Source of the DNA: Alkalispirochaeta sp.
GTDB taxonomy: Bacteria; Spirochaetota; Spirochaetia; DSM-27196; Alkalispirochaetaceae
Direction: 5' to 3'
DNA length: 64,000 nucleotides
NCBI GenBank assembly: GCA_965242725.1
Contig: CBDESZ010000025.1
Location: forward strand, 380,774 to 444,773
The translations under genes and the position numbers were made by a program. The notes below the pieces were generated by a model. The model was not told the origin of the DNA. It did no database searches and worked only from the letters and a program-made list of their open reading frames with translations. This document shows positions 59,634-64,000 of the stretch, piece by piece. Numbering within the stretch: position 1 is the first letter of the stretch; every line of letters starts with the position of its first letter.

Positions 59634-60211
59634 ACCGCTGGGTGCGCATCTCCATACTCGCCGGGGTGCTCATCCTGCACGTGGTCGTCCTCCTTACCGT
59701 GACGATCACGACCCGCATTCAGGAACAGCGGGAGGACACGACGGTCTTCAAGCTTTCAGACGTGGAAGAATATGCACCGCCGCCGGAACGGGAGGAACCG
59801 GAAGAGCCGCCGACCCGGGACGCACCGGTCGTCACCGAGGGGCCGGCGGAAATCGTCCTTGAGACGGAGGAAGAGATACAGCCCGCCGTGTCTCTTCCCG
59901 CACCGCCGCCGGACTATCTTCCCCAGCACCGCATTTCAAAACCGCCGGATATTCCGACCGACGAAATCAGAAATCGTGTCGAGTACCCCGTGCTTGCGAA
60001 CCGTCAGGGTATTGAAGGGGTCGTCTATCTCGAGCTGTTCATCGACGACGAGGGGAATATCCGCCGGATCGAAATCCTCAAGGAGCCGGGATTCGGTCTC
60101 GGCGAGGCGGCGGCCGCGGCGTTCAGGGGCGTCACGGTAACCCCGGCGGAGGCAAACGGCACGCCTGTGGCCGTCAGGTACCGTTATCCCGTGCGTTTCC
60201 GGCTGCGATAG
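59630..60211 (+). CDS. tonB: Energy transducer TonB
   Basis: TM helix with conserved His (VLILHVV), Pro/Glu linker, YPVLANRQGIEGVV..PVRFRL. Confidence 0.92.
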   Translation: MNRWVRISILAGVLILHVVVLLTVTITTRIQEQREDTTVFKLSDVEEYAPPPEREEPEEPPTRDAPVVTEGPAEIVLETEEEIQPAVSLPAPPPDYLPQHRISKPPDIPTDEIRNRVEYPVLANRQGIEGVVYLELFIDDEGNIRRIEILKEPGFGLGEAAAAAFRGVTVTPAEANGTPVAVRYRYPVRFRLR

Positions 60212-60321
60212 AAGGGGCGGTCGCATCTGCACTTGCGCCGACGGGTCCGGCTGATGTATTTCTGGTAATGAGCAGGACGATCTCCTCTGAGATCCAACGC
60301 ACACTGAAGGAGGTTCTTGCG

Positions 60322-61335
60322 GTGCCAAGAGTTGTACATGCCCGACGGATACATGCGGCGCTATTCGCGCTGGTTTTATTGATGGTCAGCCAGGCAGCCA
60401 CGGCGTTTGAAACAGGCGAGAAGGTAGAGGTTCTTTCCTATGGATCGTGGTTTGAAGCGGAAATTCTTGAGATCCGGGACGATCAATTTCTCGTCCATTA
60501 CATCGGATGGGACAGCTCCTGGGATGAGTGGGTTTCCCGCGGCGACATCAGGTATCCTCAGACTACACCGACCTCCGACGAGACCGAACACGTGCCGCCG
60601 ACGGTGCGCGATGAAACCCCCGAGACAATACCCTTTCGGCCGGCCGACAATTACGAGTATCGCCTGGGAGACATGGTGGAAGTCCGATCGGGCGGAGCGG
60701 GTTTTTCACATCGGGCGGAGATCGTGGAGGTCGACGGGGAGCGCTATCGTATCAGGTATGACGGGTACGAAACGACAGAGTGGACCGGTCCGGGACGCAT
60801 ACGGCTGCCCGAAGAAGGAGCGGTCTGGGATGCGCTGATGTACCGGTTTCACTACGACGTGAGTGCCGAAGGCGTCCTCGGATATTTTCAGCATGAAACT
60901 CCTGCGCCAGACGGCGAATATGTAGCCGGTAATGCCATCATGGACCACGAAATTCTCATTCACAAACGGGAAACGTTGTTCGGACGGATTGACAGATTCG
61001 GCCGTGTCAGTGTGCGGGACCACCTGCTCGGACGGATATCCGTCCAGGGAGGGTCAGTGCTTGTCCGTCGGAACGGTCGGGACGTCGGGACGATTCTTGC
61101 CGATGGGACGATCCGTGGGGGAAACGCTCCGCTCGCCCGCATCGATGAGTACGGAGAGTTAGTCACTTCCGGGGGTGTATCGATCGGCAGCATCGATCCG
61201 GATACAGGCTATCTAATCGGATACTGGGGATATGCGTCGCCGACACAGGATGAGCTGGACCGGAAGATCGTCGCAGCGTTCCTCTTCTTTTTTACGGAAC
61301 TGCCCCACGCCATGGAACGGCTGACTGAGTATTGA
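60322..61335 (+). CDS. Secreted protein with two Tudor-knot/Agenet (chromo-barrel-like) domains and a C-terminal beta-repeat region
   Basis: RBS AAGGAGG with GTG, signal peptide ..ATA|FE; GEKVEV..SWFEAEI..VHYIGWDSSWDEWV; GDMVEV..RIRYDGY..EW. Confidence 0.75.
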   Translation: MPRVVHARRIHAALFALVLLMVSQAATAFETGEKVEVLSYGSWFEAEILEIRDDQFLVHYIGWDSSWDEWVSRGDIRYPQTTPTSDETEHVPPTVRDETPETIPFRPADNYEYRLGDMVEVRSGGAGFSHRAEIVEVDGERYRIRYDGYETTEWTGPGRIRLPEEGAVWDALMYRFHYDVSAEGVLGYFQHETPAPDGEYVAGNAIMDHEILIHKRETLFGRIDRFGRVSVRDHLLGRISVQGGSVLVRRNGRDVGTILADGTIRGGNAPLARIDEYGELVTSGGVSIGSIDPDTGYLIGYWGYASPTQDELDRKIVAAFLFFFTELPHAMERLTEY

Positions 61336-61355
61336 AGTGTACGGTGAATCCTGTC

Positions 61356-61823
61356 CTATGTATCCCGGTCAGTTGTATCCCGGTCAGTGGCCAGACGTGC
61401 AAGTTCCGCCAGCGCTCCCGCCCAGGCGCGCTCCTGCCATTGTCGCGCATCTTCCCACTCCGGGCTGTTGCGCCAGCCTGAATGAATAAGGTTTATCGTC
61501 GTCCCCTCCGCCGTCGGAATGAAGAAGACTACCACATGTGTCAGCGGGTCGGCGTCGCCGGTAAAGTGCTTGAACTGTTCCGGGCTGCGCCACTCGAATG
61601 AAAGGAATTGATCGGTCTCGATTGCCGTTATGCGACAGCCGATCGTGCTGTTGTCCTCCCGGTTGTCGGGGTCCCAGAAAAGCTCGTATTTCCCGCCCGG
61701 GACCGGTTCAACATCGGCCTCAACCGTAAGCCAGCGTTCAAGTGCGTTGTTTTCGGTGAAACATGTGAAGGCTTCTCTGAGGCCGCACGTCAATATCACA
61801 CGTTGATGGACGATTTTATCCAT
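61356..61823 (-). CDS. SRPBCC/AHSA1-family protein
   Basis: AFTCFT..LERW, PGGKYEL, LSFEW, LIHSGW, W..AL..L. Confidence 0.9.
   Translation of the reverse strand: MDKIVHQRVILTCGLREAFTCFTENNALERWLTVEADVEPVPGGKYELFWDPDNREDNSTIGCRITAIETDQFLSFEWRSPEQFKHFTGDADPLTHVVVFFIPTAEGTTINLIHSGWRNSPEWEDARQWQERAWAGALAELARLATDRDTTDRDT
61359..61388. repeat. Perfect 15-bp tandem duplication
   Basis: TGTATCCCGGTCAGT x2, encoding TDRDT-TDRDT at the SRPBCC C-terminus. Confidence 0.9.
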
Positions 61824-61863
61824 AGTGGTTTCCTCGAATCGCCATGTTCCCGAGGCGTGCCGG

Positions 61864-62101
61864 CTATTTCATCCCCGGACGCTCGCCCCCTTTCAAGATT
61901 TGATATCGCTTCGGCCGTACGGCGTCTGCGTGTCTCCTCCCGGAGAAGTTTTTGAACGCGAATGCGGTTTGAGGCGGACCAGTTGCCCCCCGGTGTACCG
62001 TCCTTATGGAATTCCACCCACACCGGCTCATCCCGTTGATTATAGGCGGAGAGCCAGTCCCGCCACTCTTCAAGTTTGCCGATCGACAGTCGGTGGTCCA
62101 T
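61864..62101 (-). pseudogene. Internally deleted YdeI/OmpD-associated (OmdA) family remnant or miniprotein
   Basis: Segments EWRDWL..VWVEFHK, WSASNRIRVQKL, ETRRRR..AISNL; removing one base from run 61886-61890 gives ..GERPGMK*. Confidence 0.6.
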
Positions 62102-62149
62102 GAGGCTCCATTATACCGCGATTCGGGTACTCTCGCCGAAGAAAGGGGA

Positions 62150-62963
62150 TTATCCGGGAACCGCTGCCCGTCGTCGTGCCGCGTCGCCGAGCATCCTGGC
62201 ATTTATCGCTCTCATAAGGGGCATGGGGATGACATGGGTAAGAAGTCGAAACACCCATCCCGTGAGGACGGATTCCCCTGTTCTTCCGCAGCGCCGTAAT
62301 GCCCTGATCGACACAGCGCTCCACACTCATGGGCGGCATCGGCATGCTCTTCCGGGAAAACCCGAATTCCTCGATGATCGGTGTATCCGTCGGACTGGGC
62401 AGGAGGACGCTCACATGGACACCGAGGGGCTTCAGTTCCCAATGCAATGCCCGTCCGAGCATGAGGAGGTACGCCTTTGTACCCGACTCGTTTGCCATGA
62501 AGGGCAATCCCATATCTGCCCCCATCGCCGAGACGAGTTCGATCCCGCCGTGACCGCGGCGGGAAATCCGCTCCGCAAAGTGCCTCGTCAGGGAGAGCTG
62601 GGAGGTCACATTTACCTGGACGACCCGCTGCTGTGTTTCAACGCGCTCCGACAGAAATGCCGCCGGCGCGCCGGTCCCGGCGGCTCCGACAAAGAGCCCC
62701 ACATCGAGATGTTCCGTGGCGCCGGCAATGACCGTAAGGCAGTCGGACCGGGCCAGATCCGCGGTGACGACGAGGTGGTCGACACCATACTCGGCGGACA
62801 GCTGCCTGCCGATTTCATGTAGGAGCGTCGTCCTTCGAGCGACAAGTACGACATTGATGCCGTTTCCCGCGAGTTGTCGGGCAAACTCCCTGCCGATACC
62901 TGACGATGCGCCCGTCACCACGGCCCAAGGGCCGAAATATATTGGACTCAATTTTTTCATCAT
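62150..62963 (-). CDS. SDR oxidoreductase (DltE/17beta-HSD-like); apparent +1 frameshift near the 3' end
   Basis: TGASSGIG; YxxxK position reads ESGTK; removing one base at 62275-62278 gives NRESVLTGWVFRLLTHVIPMPL..PG* ending at 62150. Confidence 0.85.
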
Positions 62964-62971
62964 TCCTCCTT

Positions 62972-62993
62972 TATCAGAATATACATTCTGGAA
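62972..62993. promoter_or_regulatory. Putative TetR operator upstream of the SDR gene
   Basis: CAGAAT-ATAC-ATTCTG palindrome; related site at 63601-63622. Confidence 0.7.
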
Positions 62994-63011
62994 TACGTAA
63001 AAATTTTTTGA

Positions 63012-63590
63012 TTACGGTAACAGCTCATAGGAAGTCTCCAGGAACGCACGAATCCGGGACGGTGATCGCCCTGATTTAACGGCGACGATATACCCTGACG
63101 CAACACCGACGAGGAAATCGGCCAGGGCCGGGATGTCGGGCACGTAGCCGGCGTTCGCGCGATACTCCTCCTCGAGGGCATGCAGAAAGGCTTTTCGCAT
63201 GCGCTCAAAATGTGAATTTATACGAAAGGAAATTGACTCGTGAGGTGCCGTGATTTCGATGGACGCATTCCCGATGAGGCAGCCAAGACGTCCATCGGGA
63301 TTTTCAATGGAATCAATGAGCATCTCGAAGTATCGTCGGATTTCAGCCTTTCCCGCGCCGGGGCGTTCCATCGGGCCAAGGAGAGAGTCAATGACGGTGC
63401 GGGAATAATGGTCCATGACACGGGCAAAGAGTTCGTGTTTCTCGCCGAAAGCTACATACAACCCGTACCGGTTCACACCGGTCGCCTTGACGATGTCTTC
63501 AATTGACGTACCGCCGAAACCGCTTCGCCAGAATACCGGAACCGCCCGTTCCAGGACGTCATGTTCATCAAATTCGCGATGTCGCGGCAT
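63012..63590 (-). CDS. TetR-family regulator (NemR/ComR-like)
   Basis: MPRHREFD..FWRSGFGGTSIEDIV..GVNRYGLY..FG.K; GCLIGN. Confidence 0.93.
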   Translation of the reverse strand: MPRHREFDEHDVLERAVPVFWRSGFGGTSIEDIVKATGVNRYGLYVAFGEKHELFARVMDHYSRTVIDSLLGPMERPGAGKAEIRRYFEMLIDSIENPDGRLGCLIGNASIEITAPHESISFRINSHFERMRKAFLHALEEEYRANAGYVPDIPALADFLVGVASGYIVAVKSGRSPSRIRAFLETSYELLP

Positions 63591-63600
63591 GACCTCTCCT

Positions 63601-63622
63601 TACCAGAACGTTCATTCTGATA
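63601..63622. promoter_or_regulatory. Putative TetR autoregulatory operator
   Basis: CAGAAC-GTTC-ATTCTG; reverse complement TATCAGAATGAACGTTCTGGTA resembles TATCAGAATATACATTCTGGAA at 62972. Confidence 0.7.
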
Positions 63623-63694
63623 AACAGTATATACATTTTCGACAGCAACGTCGACCGATCTTCGATGACAGGTCCCTGGATCGACTGTATACCC

Positions 63695-64000
63695 CTAATT
63701 CAATGACTCTCTGAGGGTGACTACTGCATGAAGGTTTTCCGTACCGATTTGAGATACTTCCACAGCCGCTTCCTGAATGGTGCTTGCCTTCACCATGACG
63801 TCCCGGATTCCCTGCTCGATGAGACCGGACGCCTCGACGATACGCTTTATGCTTTTATCGGTCGAAGAAATTGTGTGCTCCATACCTTCCAGGGCCCGAT
63901 CGACCTGTTGGTGACCGTCCTCAAGCTGGGCCGTCGCCCCCAGGAGCTCCCGGGTACCGGTCTCGAGCTCAAGGGTCGATGCGAGTATCTCCTCGAAGGC
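63695..64000 (-). CDS. Methyl-accepting chemotaxis protein, C-terminal tail (5' part outside the window)
   Basis: Heptad helix AFEEILASTLELETGTRELLGA..IEQGIRDV..ENLHAVVTL. Confidence 0.65.
   Translation of the reverse strand, partial: AFEEILASTLELETGTRELLGATAQLEDGHQQVDRALEGMEHTISSTDKSIKRIVEASGLIEQGIRDVMVKASTIQEAAVEVSQIGTENLHAVVTLRESLN

Noticed and set aside
416..63714. Many long antisense or alternate-frame ORFs (e.g. 46196-47692+, 20414-21661-, 53145-54308-, 18400-19521-)
   Set aside because: Shadow ORFs expected at high GC; they overlap well-supported genes and show no motifs
1..64000. CRISPR array, rRNA, tRNA, transposase, integrase or prophage
   Set aside because: No regularly spaced repeats, RNA-gene signatures or mobile-element proteins recognised by eye; nearly all sequence is accounted for by CDSs

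Overview
GC-rich (roughly 60% by eye) bacterial chromosome segment, most likely from a free-living spirochaete (Spirochaetaceae-like), inferred from the flhG-hyp-fliA-fapA gene order, secA paired with a divergent lipoprotein, and an MCP tail. 1-8.6 kb is the end of a flagellar operon (flhG, fliA, fapA) that continues by overlapping ORFs into a divergent Hsp70, a J-domain/HEAT protein and a CheA-like protein lacking the phospho-acceptor His. The 140-bp gap after it holds a sigma28-like promoter and an intrinsic terminator that together define a candidate ~65-nt sRNA. 8.7-25.7 kb: maf-type glycosyltransferase, ftsI, M23/LysM peptidase, secA, nnr and housekeeping enzymes. 25.8-37.1 kb: a putative sugar-phosphate uptake/sensing locus containing a NagB-II whose deaminase domain looks degenerate. 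37-64 kb: accessory region with PAS kinases, DNA polymerase II, a MalT-like regulon, TetR/AraC pairs with visible operators, a cNMP-STAS tandem protein, a TonB/ExbBD system and a secreted Tudor/chromo-barrel protein. Four genes carry an apparent +1 G in a short G run, probably assembly errors. Many genes look leaderless. No rRNA, tRNA, CRISPR or transposase was seen. All product calls come from motif recognition by eye; no database search was run.
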